A stretch of DNA of 64,000 bases, taken from Octopus vulgaris (Eukaryota). The position numbers and the translations under genes were made by a program. Below, piece by piece: positions 1 through 11,764 of this stretch. The notes under the pieces were generated by a model, which saw only the letters and a list, made by a program, of their open reading frames with translations, was not told the DNA's origin and searched no databases. Position 1 is the first letter of the stretch. Each line of letters begins with the position of its first letter. The DNA lies in the NCBI GenBank assembly GCA_951406725.2, contig OX597837.1, forward strand, positions 20,460,001-20,524,000. The letters are read 5' to 3'.

Positions 1-196
1 AAACAAATATACACACACACATACACTCACATATATATATGTATACGGGCTTCTTTCAGTTTCCGTCTACCAAATCCACTCACAAGGCTTTGGTCAGCCC
101 GAGGCTACAGTAGAAGACACTTGCCCAAGGTGCCACAGAGTGGGACTGAACCCGGAACCATGTGGTTCGTAAGCAAGCTACTTACCACACAGCCAC
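1..196 (-). mobile_element. tRNA-derived SINE, family A (5' half; continues beyond window start)
   Basis: Reverse complement of GTGGCTGTGTGGTAAG..GGTTCCGGGTTCAGTCCCACT..CACCTTGGGCAAGTGTCTTCTAC, the same text as the intact copy at 8073. Confidence 0.9.
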
Positions 197-237
197 ATAT
201 ATATATATATACACACACTCTCTCACTGGCTACCCTA

Positions 238-552
238 GTGAAAGTGCATGGTTCAGTAGTAAAAGCATCGGGCTTACAATCGTGAGGTTGTGAGTTCGAT
301 TCCTGAACAAGACATTTTATTTCATGTTGCTCCAGGCCACTCAGCTGTAGAAATGAGTTGCAGCATCACTGGTGCCAAGCTGTATCAGCCTTTGCCTTTC
401 CCTTGGACAACATCTGTGACATAGAGAAGAGAGGCTAATATGTATGGGCAACTGTTGGTCTTCTACAAACAACCTTGTCCAGACTTGTGCCTCGGAGGGT
501 AACTTTCTAGGTGCAATCACATAGTCACTAATGATCAAAGGGTATCTTTACC
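238..552 (+). mobile_element. tRNA-derived SINE, family C
   Basis: A/B-box-like head (TGGTTCAGTAGT..GAGTTCGATTCC) followed by body CACTCAGCTGTAGAAATGAGTTG..CCTTTGCCTTTCCCTTGG. The same body recurs inverted at 14460-14735 and 32950-33300. Confidence 0.85.
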
Positions 553-1179
553 CCCTTTTCTTTTTACCCAGGCTACCCTATTGCCACCCAACACTTCCCC
601 TAATCTTTATGCCATTATCTGCTCTTAACATCTTTAGGATGGTCCCTAATCTTTCCTTCATAGTTCACCATAGTTCTCTCCTCCCCCCTTTTTCCAACCC
701 TTCAACTGCCCCCCCCCACATCTTGGATACTTTCATGGCACTCACACTTTACTCATTCGCCTCCTCCCACCTTTCTGGCACTCTCCACCATCTCTTTCAA
801 GTCCCTCACTGTCTGAGTCCTCCTCCACCACAGCTTCACTACCCCCTCAACATCCCTTCCCATTTTCTTCTTTTGACCTCCCTTCAGCAAAAACTCACAC
901 TGCTCTTTCCTTCAATGGCCCTCTCTCAGGATTCCTCTCCACTCCAGGCTGTTAATCTCTTTCTGTACTCTTCCCCTGAGACCTCCTGTCCATACAAATT
1001 TGCTAATAATCTTTGCATTGCCCAACAATATGCATAATACATATAAGGTAAAATATACTTTAAATGGGTCAATAATAAAGCATACACACCCATATGATAC
1101 CCTCTCCAGGAAGTGCAGACTACGTTTGGAGGAATCACTATGCATATTGTTAAGCAATGAAATGATTATTAACAATTAT

Positions 1180-1517
1180 AGGTGCAGGAGTGGCTGTGTT
1201 GTAAAAAGCTTGCTTCCCAACCACATGGTTCTGGGTTCAGTCCTACCGGGTGGCACCTTGGGCAAGTGTCTTTTACTAAAGCCTTGGGCCAATGAAGGCC
1301 TTGTGAGTGGATTTCGTAGATGGAAACTGGAAGAAGTCCATCATATATATATTTTGGCAAGGTTGCAAAAGCAATGAAAATTTTGGAAGAAAAAATATAA
1401 ATAAAAAATGAGGGGAAATCGAACCAGTGAGTGTGTTAGATAATAAGGCATTAAGATAATATGACATAATTCACTTGAACACATAAAGAATCTTGCAAAC
1501 CAGATACAAAAACAAAG

Positions 1518-1553
<36 letters not shown>

Positions 1554-1765
1554 TATAGATATATTTCATTGTGTCGGTTTGTCCCCCACCAACACTTGAC
1601 AACCAGTGTTGGTGTCCCCATAACCTAGTGGTTCAGCAAAAGGGATCAATAGAATAAGTACTAGGCTTTAAAAAATAAGTCTTGGGTTCGATTTGTTCAA
1701 TTAAATCCTTTCAAGGTGGCGCTCCAGCATGGCCATTGTCAAATGACTGAAACAAGTAAAGGAGT
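1180..1765 (+). mobile_element. SINE family A, split by an insertion in its internal TA tract
   Basis: 5' half at 1180-1345 and 3' half at 1565-1765 (ends AAATGACTGAAACAAGTAAA). An unrelated segment at 1350-1520 lies between them. Confidence 0.85.
1350..1520 (+). mobile_element. Short TA-embedded element, probable Penelope pLTR derivative
   Basis: Flanked by (TA)n. GGTTGC-AAAA-GCAAT-GAAA resembles hammerhead stem II plus GAAA. Homologous to the reverse complement of 54745-54860 (GGGAAATC..ACCAGTGAGTGTGT..AATAAGGCATT). Confidence 0.55.
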
Positions 1766-2019
1766 AAATACTGACCATACTATTAGTGCTTGAAGAAGAT
1801 GTATACTGCATTATCGATATTCTTATACAGTGTTATTGGTATTCTTATTGTATCTTACTGTAAAAATATTCCTATGCATTTGTGCATATAACTACCACAC
1901 ACATAAAGACCTTACTTTGTGTATATCCATAGATATTTCTCGGTGCAGGAGTGTATGTCCGTGTGTCTATGAGGCCATGTATGATTGTGTGTCTCTATAC
2001 ATGTGCCTACATGAATATA

Positions 2020-2330
2020 TCTATTATATAAAATCCGTTTTGTCTGTCTGTGTGTGTGTCTTCTAGGATCTTGGGTATCCTCCATCCGATTGTGCTCAAA
2101 TTTGATATGTAGATACCGACAGCATCAGGGCATGTATAAGTCTTGAAAAAATTACAAAAATCATCTCCAGGTGAAAATCCAATCGATAAAGCCGTTTTTG
2201 TCCCGCTTTTCTTCCGTCAACCTGTACATAACTGCACCTTCCATTTTTTGTTGTTTTTGTACTGCTTAAAGGCACATTTCTTTCCTGCCAAGCTTACTGT
2301 TTAAACACTCTTAAAATATTGCTTTAGAAT
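2020..2330 (+). mobile_element. Non-autonomous Helitron, 5' fragment
   Basis: A|TCTATTATATAAAA start followed by CTGTCTG/TG repeats and CCGATT..TCAAATTTG, typical of Helitron-type 5' ends. No 3' CTAG end identified. Confidence 0.55.
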
Positions 2331-2366
2331 CTACTCTCTCTTCTTTTACTGCTTCGAGGATATTTT

Positions 2367-2714
2367 ACTGGGCCCATATGACCCTTAAGCAGGGCCCATA
2401 TGCCCCTTGAGTGTCCATATAAGATTTTGCTGTTAAAATTTACGTGCAATAAATTGTTTATACTTTTACAATGGACAAAATATTTTGACAATTATTCCTT
2501 CACTCTTTTACTTGTTTGAGTCATTTGACTGCAGCCATGCTGGAGCACTGCCTTCAGTAGAGCAAATCGACCCCAGGACTTATTATTCGTAAGCCTAGTA
2601 CTTATTCTATCAGTCTCTTTTGCCGAAGCGCTAAGTTACGGGGATGTAAACACACCAGCATCAGTTGTCAAGTAATGTTGGGGGGGATGGACAAACACAG
2701 ACACACAAACATGC

Positions 2715-2778
<64 letters not shown>

Positions 2779-3183
2779 AGAGTTTACAAAAAAAAACAAA
2801 AGATGAAGACAGGTGGTGTACAAAACAAACAGATGTATTAGTATAACGCTCAGGAATAGAAAAAATCTTTTACGTTTCGAGCCTACGCTCTTCTACAGAA
2901 AGGGACACAGAAAAAACAAGGAGAGAAAAAAAAATGTGTAGTGGCTAACGATCTATCATGGCGACATGTATATATATACATATATACAACGGGCTTTTTT
3001 CAGTTTCCGTCTACCAAATCCACTCACAAGGCTTTGGTCTGCCTGAGGCTATAGTAGAAGACACTTGCCCAATCCTAAAAAAATAATTAATTATAAAAAT
3101 ATAATAGAATGGCTATAGAGGTCCAGTAGAGCAAAATAGGAAACAAAGAGGTCCACAGGCAAAAAATGGTTTAGAACCACTGC
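2367..3183. mobile_element. hAT-type MITE interrupted by SINE A (2502-3072), itself interrupted by a hammerhead element (2776-2965)
   Basis: MITE parts 2367-2500 and 3073-3183 (ends GGTTTAGAACCACTG) match the family at 51928-52187. The SINE A reverse-complement text lies between them. Confidence 0.7.
2867..2902 (-). ncRNA. Minimal type I hammerhead ribozyme motif (one core deviation)
   Basis: Minus strand: CTTT-CTGTAGA-A-GAGC(GTAG)GCTC-GAAA-CG-TA/AAAG. Stem I is CTTT/AAAG, stem II is GAGC/GCTC and stem III is the palindromic ACGT. Core reads CUGUAGA versus canonical CUGANGA. Confidence 0.65.
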
Positions 3184-3489
3184 TGTAGATGGTGGTGGTG
3201 CTTGTGTAGTGAAGAACGATGCACTTTTAAAAAAATTGGTTTAAAATCTGTTTCCTTTTTCTGTTTTGCTTATGTTATTACCATTGACATTCACCATCAG
3301 CAGTAACATCATTAATTGTCTTTCCAGGAAGAATTAGTTAAAAAAAAAAAATAAAAAAAACAACAAAAAAGCCCCAAATCAGGTCAACAATTATAATCAC
3401 TTAAAGTAAAAACAAGAATCAATTAACAAAAACTCCCAAAAAATAAATACATAAATAAATAAAAACATTAACAACAAAAAAATGTTTCT

Positions 3490-3670
3490 TAAGAAGGAAA
3501 TTATGATCAAGAAATGTCATTAGATGTGACCAGGATGTATATGGACATGGCTTAGAAAGGATTGGCATGGAAGGACTCCCAGATGTCCAGCAGAGATAAA
3601 GAGTCTGGAATGGAATGTAGAGAATGGTAGGGTTGTGCTGCTGTGAAGAGTGATGGAATGGTGTCCTACC
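3490..3670 (+). pseudogene. Heavily decayed RTE-type LINE fragment (post-RT region)
   Basis: Reads approximately LRRKL..IRC..YGH..RV.. with frameshifts, resembling the RTE 'RLRWYGHV.R' region. Confidence 0.35.
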
Positions 3671-3878
3671 TCTCTTGACCTAGTGTCTTAGATTTCAGAT
3701 TTCGTTGCCAGCAGTTTTAGTAATGAACAGAGATTGCTTTTTCAAGTTCCTCCTCACACTATCCCTCCCTCACACCACTTTCAGAAGTTTTAGGTGTGTG
3801 TGTATGTGTGTGTGTGTTGGCTAATGCTACAATGTCTTGTAAATTTGCTTACAGTTGGCACAACTCTGAGTGTGTATA

Positions 3879-3918
<40 letters not shown>

Positions 3919-3927
3919 CACACATAA

Positions 3928-4305
3928 AGGCACAGATGTGACTGTGTGGTAAGTTTGCTTCCCGACCAAATGGTTCCAGGTTCAGTCCCACAGCATGGTA
4001 CCTTGGACAAGTGACTTCTGCTATAGCTTTGGGCCAATCCAAAGCCTTGTGAATGGGTTTGGTAGAAATGAAATTGAAAGAAGCCTGTTGTGTGTGTCTT
4101 TGTTTGTCCCTGACCACTGCTTGACAACTAGTGTTGGTGAATTCACATCTCCATAACTTAGTGGTTTGGCAAAAGAGACCAATAGAATAAGTACCAGCCT
4201 TTAAAAAAAAGTCAATTCCTAGGGTTGATTCATTCAACTAAAAATTATTCAAGGCATTGCTCCAGTATGGCCACAGCCTAATGACTGAAACAAGTAAAAG
4301 ATTAA
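3928..4305 (+). mobile_element. SINE family A
   Basis: Head, CCTTGGACAAGTG core, internal TG tract and tail AATGACTGAAACAAGTAAAAG are all present. Confidence 0.88.
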
Positions 4306-4833
4306 AGACATATAGAAAGAAGCATATTTTTGGCATCATTTCTGTCATTTTTATCAAAGATGTGTGAAATAAAAGATTCCTTACTCAAAGAAGGACATCT
4401 CTCTATCTGGTTTATGCTACCATAGGGTAGTTCAGTATGTTAGGGGTCATTAAGAAAACTAAGTGTAAATGAAAGGCTAGTAAGGGCTGTATAAGCTATG
4501 TATAAAGATGCAGTAGGTGAAAATCAACAATGATTTCAGTAGCATGAAGGTAAAGAAGACCGGTCTGTGGAGTGGTAGGTGTTAGAACAGACAACGGAGC
4601 CTGATGTGGCCCCTGGCCATACCAGCTCCTTACAAACCATCCAACTGATGCCAGCATGGAAAATGACATTAAATTATGATGATGATGCTGATGATGATGA
4701 TGCTGGTGTAAGAGTCCACCAAATTTCAGTCCTCAGTGTTCGCCTATTCATCATAGTCCTCCAGACCATCACAGAGAAGTTTAAGACTGAATACCCATTG
4801 CAACTCCTATATGTAGATGGTATAGTTCACATA

Positions 4834-5045
4834 AAGGCGGCGAGCTGGCAGAAACGTTAGCATGCTGAGCGAAATGCTTAGCGGTATTTCGTCCGTCTTT
4901 ACCTTCTGAGTTCAAATTCCGCCGAGGTCGACTTTGCTTTTCATACTTTCGGGGTCGATAAATTAAGTACCAGTTACGCATTAATCCGTTTGTCTGTCCT
5001 TGTTTGTCCTCTCTGTGTTTAGCCCCTTGTGGGTAGTAAAGAAAT
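4834..5045 (+). mobile_element. SINE family B (Meta-domain-like core) with 16-bp target-site duplication
   Basis: GGCGGCGAGCTGGCAGAAACGTTAGCA..GAGTTCAAATTCC..GGTCGACTTTGC..CGATAAATTAAGTACCAG, flanked by TGGTATAGTTCACATA at 4818-4833 and 5046-5061. Confidence 0.92.
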
Positions 5046-5569
5046 TGGTATAGTTCACATAGCTGAACCTATAAGGAAATTCCTGGGTTGGAAACCTAAC
5101 CTAAAGCAGAGGGATCTTATGAGAAGTTTAGCAAAACTAAGGATTTGGTAAGTAGGAAAGAAGACAGAACACTGTTATCTTCAGGGAAATGGCCTTCCTC
5201 AATATGCAGAAAACAAGGAGGTATAAGCACCATACATTGTACCTAATGGAAGCTAAAGACACACAAGAGACATAATGGAATCACAGGCAGACTAATAAAG
5301 AACATTAGCTTCATATGTCAATGATACATAGGAGCAGTATATACAAATAAGTACAGCAATACATTCTCGTAAATGCCTGGATGACCCACTACAAGTAGTT
5401 GGTAGCTTTAGTTACTTGAGAGATGTAATAACAGGGGAGGTGGTTGCTCTGAAAGTATAGTAGCCAGATTAAGAACAGATTGGAGAAAATTTAGGAAACT
5501 ATTTCTGCTGTTAGCAACAAAGGTTTTTTTTACCCAGAGACTGAAGGACATGAGGATATGAGAAGACGT

Positions 5570-5763
5570 AAAAAGCACCTATACTGGTGCCATGTAAAAG
5601 CTCCCCTGCGCTGGTGCCGCATAAAAAGCATCTAGTTGTAGAAACCATGCAGAAAGAACATGAAGCCTGAACAGCTCTTCAACTGGTCAGCTCATGTCAA
5701 ACCAGCCAACCCATGCTAGTATGGAAAATGGATGTTAAATGGTGATGATGATGATGATGATGA
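5570..5763 (+). mobile_element. SINE/LINE-tail family E (RTE-like 3' end with (GAT)n tail)
   Basis: Tandem GGTGCCA/GCATAAAAAGCA units then CCAACCCATGCTAGTATGGAAAATGGATGTTAAA(TGA)n. Related copies at 4540-4700, 10470-10650, 24480-24690, 32120-32310, 40270-40570, 45360-45470, 49098-49430 and 49885-50080. Confidence 0.8.
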
Positions 5764-6839
5764 GTAGATTTTATGATGCTTGTGTTAGAACTGCGATGTT
5801 GTATGGTAGAGAGACATGAGTGTCGAATGTAGGCGAATGAGAAGACTGGAGAAAAATGAAGCTAGCATGTTCATTGGACGTGCAGTGTAAGTGTGCATGA
5901 TACGGATGCACCAAGAGAAAAACCTGCAAATAAAAGAAATCAGGGGCAGTGTGCAAGAAAGAAGACTGCAGCCATATAGACACAAGATGTGGATGGATAA
6001 GAACAGCTGTTTAAAGAAGAGCTGATCATTTAATGTGAATGGAGCTTGTAGAGGAGAGAGAGACTCAGGACAAGAAACAGTGTTGAAGACTGATCTCAGA
6101 ATTTTGAACTTTACAGAAGAGATGACAAAAGACAAGGGGCAGAGATGACAAAAGGACTGGGGCAGTGATGACAAAGAGCCACACCTACCTTGGCAACACT
6201 GATCTGAAAGTGCTCTGTGTGTGTGAGCATGTGCATACATACACACACACACACACACACACACATGCACAACTGGGCTGTTCAGTCAAGTTCTTCCTCA
6301 AGATAACCTCACCACCCATCGTCTCTCTGACTGCAATTCTTGCTCGATTCCATTTTACTTAACCAAAATCAATTCATTCGTGCTTCCCCCTTTATCTATT
6401 TGTACTGTTCCCTCCACCCATGCTCCACACACAGATATCCCCGCCACCACCAACACACATGCAGAGCTAAAATACTCAACTCTCCTCCTCCCTTACCATA
6501 CATCTATTACTCTCCCTATACACTACACCTGTCTTTCTCCCCTTCCACTTCTGCATCCTACACAGCAACCTCTCTAGTGTGGGTGCCACAATACAATTGT
6601 ACCCAGAGCATTTAAGAAAACAGATGGTGAACAGGGGAGAATCAGGTAGAAGAAATCATGCTAAATATGGAGTGAAAAACTGAGACAATGTTCAATGAGT
6701 TGTCTTGAGGGCCATAACCTCCAGCAGGAATTAACTTTGATCATGATCACCCGTCCAGTCCTTGCCAGGTTGTAGAGCAAACATAAAATGATGATGGGGA
6801 TGATGGTGATGACGAGGATGATGCTTTATACATACATAC

Positions 6840-6885
6840 ATATCAAGGTTGATGTGAAACAGCAGAAGAACCTGGTCATTCTTAC
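6840..6885 (-). CDS. Candidate 46-nt exon beginning with GTAAG (recursive-splice-site-like); product unknown
   Basis: Minus strand: ACTAAT branch point, T/C-rich tract of about 25 nt, TGTAG| acceptor, and a GTATGT donor after 46 nt. Two frames are open (GKNDQVLLLFHINLD or VRMTRFFCCFTSTLI). Confidence 0.45.
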
Positions 6886-6959
6886 CTACAATAAGAAAAA
6901 GAAAAAAAAAGGAAACATTAGTTTCACAGAAGGAGACAGAGTTGGGTTGATAAAAAATA

Positions 6960-7140
6960 TTGGTTTCAAATTTTTGTACAAGGCCAGCAATTTTAGAGGG
7001 GAAGGTAAGTAAATTACATTGACCCCAGTCTTCAACTGGTACTTATTTTAATGACCCTGAAAGGATGAAAGGCAAAGACAATCTTGGTAGAATTTCAACT
7101 CAGACCATAAAGACGGATGAAATGCCATTATGCACTTTGG
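6960..7140 (-). mobile_element. SINE family B (older subfamily)
   Basis: CTGGTACTTATTTTAATGACCCTGAAAGGATGAAAGGCAAAG is the reverse complement of the family B core. Confidence 0.8.
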
Positions 7141-7260
7141 GAATGGTGGATCTTGAAGCGGTTAAAAAATAAATAATAGCATGCAAATATTATCTGCATG
7201 CCATTATTTATACCTTTAACAGCTTCAAGACTCACCATTCCCAAAAGATATATATATATA

Positions 7261-7512
7261 AAATTATAATTTAGGGTATCTAAGAGATACCTCCATGCTG
7301 GAAATAGCAGTCAAAAATTTGACTCTAAAACCACATTAATGTGGTTTTAGAGGCAAGTTTTTGACTGCTATTTCCAGCGTGGGGGTATCTCTTAGATACC
7401 CTAAATTACAATTTTAAATAATTATTACCTTTGAAAGGATTTTACTCCCATGCTGGCCACCTGATAAGATCGGTATTTTAAATATCGATCTTATCCTTAT
7501 TAACATAAATTC
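7261..7512 (+). mobile_element. TA-embedded fold-back element: 154-bp palindrome plus truncated hammerhead-like motif
   Basis: Arms 7261-7337 and 7338-7414 with no spacer and about 5 mismatches. CACCTGATAA-GATCGGTATTT-T-AAATATCGATC at 7457-7490. (TA)n on both sides. Confidence 0.75.
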
Positions 7513-7518
7513 ATATAT

Positions 7519-7580
<62 letters not shown>

Positions 7581-8072
7581 GTATATATATACACATAGAC
7601 AAGATGTCTACATGTTGTTGTTATATATATGTGTGTGTGTGTATTCATTCCATTTAGTTAAAAAAAGACGAAAAGAAAAGAGGCATTTCAAAGTATTTAA
7701 CACTTCCGTAAAAGGCAGCCTAAGACATGTGATAATTTGTCTATGCACGATGGTGACAATAACTAATTGTTTTGTGTATGCATATTTCTGAATGCATGTG
7801 TATGTGTACTGATATGAGCGTGTATGTATTTATATGTATTTCAGTTTTTCGTAAAGATGCTGGCATATGATTGGTCATTTTTTTTTTTTTTTAAACATGT
7901 CTACTCAGAACAGTGTCCACTACTATGAGATGAAACACTCCTGACCTCAAGTGCTGAACCAGAAATAAACTTTGTCAGTGATATCCCCTACACATTATAT
8001 ATATATATATATATAATATGTATATGCATGTATACTATTTATTTAAGTTTATATATATATATATATATATAT

Positions 8073-8239
8073 AGGCGCAGGAGTGGCTGTGTGGTAAGTA
8101 GCTTGTTTACCAACCACATGGTTCCGGGTTCAGTCCCACTGCGTGGCACCTTGGGCAAGTGTCTTCTACTATAGCCTCGGGCCGACTAAAGCCTTGTGAG
8201 TGGATTTGGTAGACGGAAACTGAAAGAAACCCCTTCGTA

Positions 8240-8272
<33 letters not shown>

Positions 8273-8498
8273 GCGTGTGTGTGTTAGTGTGTCTGTGTTT
8301 GTCCCCCTAGTATTGCTTGACAACCGATGCTGGTGTGTTTATGACCCCGTTACTTAGCGGTTCGGCAAAAGAGACCGATAGAATAAGTACTGGGCTTACA
8401 AAAGAATAAGTCCCGGGGTCGAGTTGCTCGATTAAAGGCGGTGCTCCAGTATGCCCGCAGTCAAATGACAGAAACAAGTAAAAGAGAGTAAAAGAGAG
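8073..8498 (+). mobile_element. SINE family A, near full-length and well preserved
   Basis: tRNA-like head with A box (TGGCTGTGTGG) and B box (GGTTCAGTCC), CACCTTGGGCAAGT core, internal (TA)n(TG)n, retained CpGs, tail (GTAAAAGAGA)2. Confidence 0.93.
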
Positions 8499-8779
8499 TA
8501 TATATAAGGCTGCCAAGTGAAGTTCATTTGACGAGCCCATAAAACTTTCAGTTACATGGAGTTATCAAAACTGTTATTAAATAAATAATATATGTAATTC
8601 CTACAGAATGTGTTGAGTGCCTCTTTTCTTTCGTATGTCCACTCATTCATATACGTGCATACATACATAGGCAAACAAACAGACCACCAGACAGACATGT
8701 GTGTGTGTTTATGCAAATGTGAGAACACATTTATATACTACACACTGTAACAAACACAGAAGTCTTGAAACAGACCGCC

Positions 8780-9190
8780 TGGCAAGAGAATTCCCAAACA
8801 GCTGTTATACGATGTGTTGGCTCAGAGTAGCAAACTCATAAGATGACCAAAGCTGAGATTTAAGGACACATGTAAGGGCAGCTTAACCAAGTGCCAGATT
8901 GATGCAAAGACTTGACGAAAGTGAGCTGAAGAGAGAACAGCATGGGAAATTTCAGTGAACAGAGGAGTCAAACGGGTCAGACATGAAAACATGCTGGCCC
9001 TTGAAGCAAACTGCAAAAGAAAGACAACCCACCACAGCCCTGCAGCACCTTCCTTGCTTGCAGATTTTGCCACAGAACTTGCTCATCAAACATAGACAGG
9101 ATCAGCGCAAGAGAAGCCGGAGGACAAAAACTATGAGTACCTAATTAAGACGTTGTCTGCTGCTTAGACTGCCTGTCAAGACATAAAGAG
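8780..9190 (+). pseudogene. RTE/BovB-like LINE 3' fragment
   Basis: RIPKQLLYDVLAQS..PKLRFKDTCKGSLTKCQIDAKT*..AEERTAW..VNRGV, then a C-x2-C finger (CRFCHRTCSS). In-frame stops present. Confidence 0.8.
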
Positions 9191-9192
9191 CC

Positions 9193-9229
<37 letters not shown>

Positions 9230-9491
9230 TATATATATATATATAGACATGCATATATATGCATATATATACACACACATATATATGCATATATATATAC
9301 ACACGCTTAGCCAGCGGGGTGGTGTCATTTGAAGGCTAAAAAAATGCGAAGGGCATTGTGACCAGCGATGTGTAGCAACATCTGATAGCCTGGTCGGTCA
9401 CGGTGATATATACACATATATATGCATATATATATACACACATATATATGCATATATATATACACACATATATGCACACATATATATATAT

Positions 9492-9525
<34 letters not shown>

Positions 9526-9650
9526 CAGACATATATATACATACATATATATATATACATCATCTTCACCATCGTCATTGTTAAACATCCACTTTCCATG
9601 CTAGCATGGGTTGGACATATATTCACATATATATATATACACATACATAC

Positions 9651-9681
<31 letters not shown>

Positions 9682-9697
9682 CGTGTGTGTGTGTGTG

Positions 9698-9732
<35 letters not shown>

Positions 9733-9884
9733 GTTGTGAGAGGTAATGGTGTCAAGAAGACCCAAAGGTGTCAGGAAATGCTGAGTAAGTGCTATGGACA
9801 GACTATAGTTAAGCTCCATGTTCGGTGATTATGCGAATGAGGAGTCCAATGTAGGTCATATATTAGCATGTGTATATATATAAA

Positions 9885-10190
9885 AAAAAAATTCAGAATG
9901 AGATAAAAATTCAAGGCTGTGAAAGTTTTCAGAACATTTATAAATAGAAGGTCTTACAGCTGTTTCCGGGATATTTTATATATCTCTTCATTGGAGACAG
10001 TGTGAGAAAATGGTTAAGCAATAGTTAATTTAGATAAGATATGAAATAGAGAGTGAAGTGGAGGAATGAAAATAGATATGAGATATGCAGGGATATTGCA
10101 TCTGCAGTTCCATTATTTAGGCAGAATGGTATACATATAAGATTCCAGTATCTTGTGAGTAAGTTCCAATAGTATTTAAAATTGGTCATA
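9885..10190 (-). mobile_element. TA-embedded element with decayed hammerhead (9951-9998)
   Basis: Minus strand: GTCT-CCAATGA-A-GAGATAT(ATAAA)ATATCCC-G-GAAA-CAGCTG-TA/AGAC. Stem I is GTCT/AGAC and stem III is the palindromic ACAGCTGT. Confidence 0.65.
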
Positions 10191-10995
10191 TGTATGTATG
10201 TATGTATGTATGTATGTGTGTGTGTATAATATATATATATTATAGGCACAGACATGGCTGCATGGTTAAATGGCTTGCTTCCCAGCAATGTGTTCTCAAG
10301 TTCAGTAACTGCACACCACCTTAGGCAAATATCTTCTACAACCCCAAGCTGACCAAACCCTTGTGAGTGGATTTGGTAGAGGAAAGTGAAATGACCAATT
10401 GTGTGCATGAGAGAGAGAGTGTGTGTATGTGTGTGTGTGTGGTAAGCGTGTTACAGTCCCCTTGTCTTGACTTGTGATAGTTGTAAATGAGTGTCACTGT
10501 TATACAAGCAGTGTCTGTCATTTCCAACCTTCTGTGAAAACATATCTGGTCATGGGGAAATATTGCCTTATTTGGAAACAAGAGAGGGTGAAGGAGAATC
10601 CCATCTGACCCATGGCGACATAGAAAAGTGGATGTTAAAACAATGATAATATGATGGGCTAAGGGAAACAACTAACCTAATGATACAGATTCTTATACAT
10701 CAAGCTGATGCTGATGGACTGAGTGACACATGCAAAAATATTTCCTATATTCAAGTGAAAAAATCTGATATTTAATATCAGCTATGGTGATAGCTGTAGA
10801 TATCTTTTAGTCTTATCAGGCATTGTCAGTGAAGTCCAGTCACTCGAAACTAGTTGGATCAGTAGAGAGATCTTGATGTTTCTACACATTGATGCATACA
10901 TGTATGTGTATGTTGTGTACATATGTATGCATGTGTATATGCACGAGTGTATGTAAGTATGGGAGCCCACAGTAAGCAAAAACGAACATTCCTGG

Positions 10996-11030
<35 letters not shown>

Positions 11031-11764
11031 CGTATATGCTCACACACACACACATCAAATAGCAATGACCTTAGCTTAATGTTTGCATGTGGGTATATAT
11101 ACAAATCTGTGTAACTATGCAGTGTGTGTATGTGTGTAGGTGGGTGTGTGTAAATATAGCAGCGAAAAAAAGCAGCAGGTGCTTTTTCTAATTGCACATA
11201 TATTTATATATATATATATATATATATGCCAGTGACCTTAGAACAATTCAGTGGTATGTGCGCATGGGTGTATGTATACACACTCATTCATGGATATGGC
11301 AATGACCGTAGAAAAGCAGATTATGAGTATATACTCACTCACACACACACATAGAGATACGTATATATTATAAGTAATATGCTTTAACAGCAAATTATCA
11401 GCACACACACACACACACACACATACACACAACGTGTGCACCCTGTAGGATGTAAGAGGCATCTGAGGCAACTAAAAAAGGTTGGCACCAAGAAGGGCTT
11501 CTGTCTGTAAAGCCATTCTATGTCAGTAGAGTAAATGGATGTAAGTTCCACTAAGACGAAACAACACACATACACACACACACACACACACACAATGGGT
11601 TTCTTTTAGCTTCCGTCTACCAAATTCACTCACGAGGATTTGATCAGTAGTGTCTATAGTAGAAGACACTACCCCAAAGTGCCACACAACAATATTGAAC
11701 CCAGAACCAAATGTGATATTTGGCAAAGAGTTGTGTCAATTCAGTCTTATAACTCCACCTCAAT

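Larger units (their letters stand above)
4375..6130 (+). pseudogene. Decayed RTE-clade LINE (reverse transcriptase with Cys/His finger insert), interrupted by younger SINEs
   Basis: GVRVHQISVLSVRLFIIVLQTITEKFKTEYPLQLLYVDG (4700-4825) is a degenerate 'GVHQGSVLSPLLF..LYADD'. SGKWPSSICRK..HKR..GITGRL lies near 5180-5295 and YDACVRTAMLYGRET near 5773. Many stops and frameshifts. Confidence 0.85.

Noticed and set aside
531-1037. 168-aa ORF
   Set aside because: C/T-rich low-complexity sequence giving a Leu/Pro/Ser-biased product with no recognisable domain. Probably an old repeat.
8073-8145. tRNA genes at SINE heads (also 238, 4836, 11765, 45790, 48790)
   Set aside because: A/B boxes are present but there is no proper cloverleaf or acceptor stem, and the sequence continues into SINE bodies.
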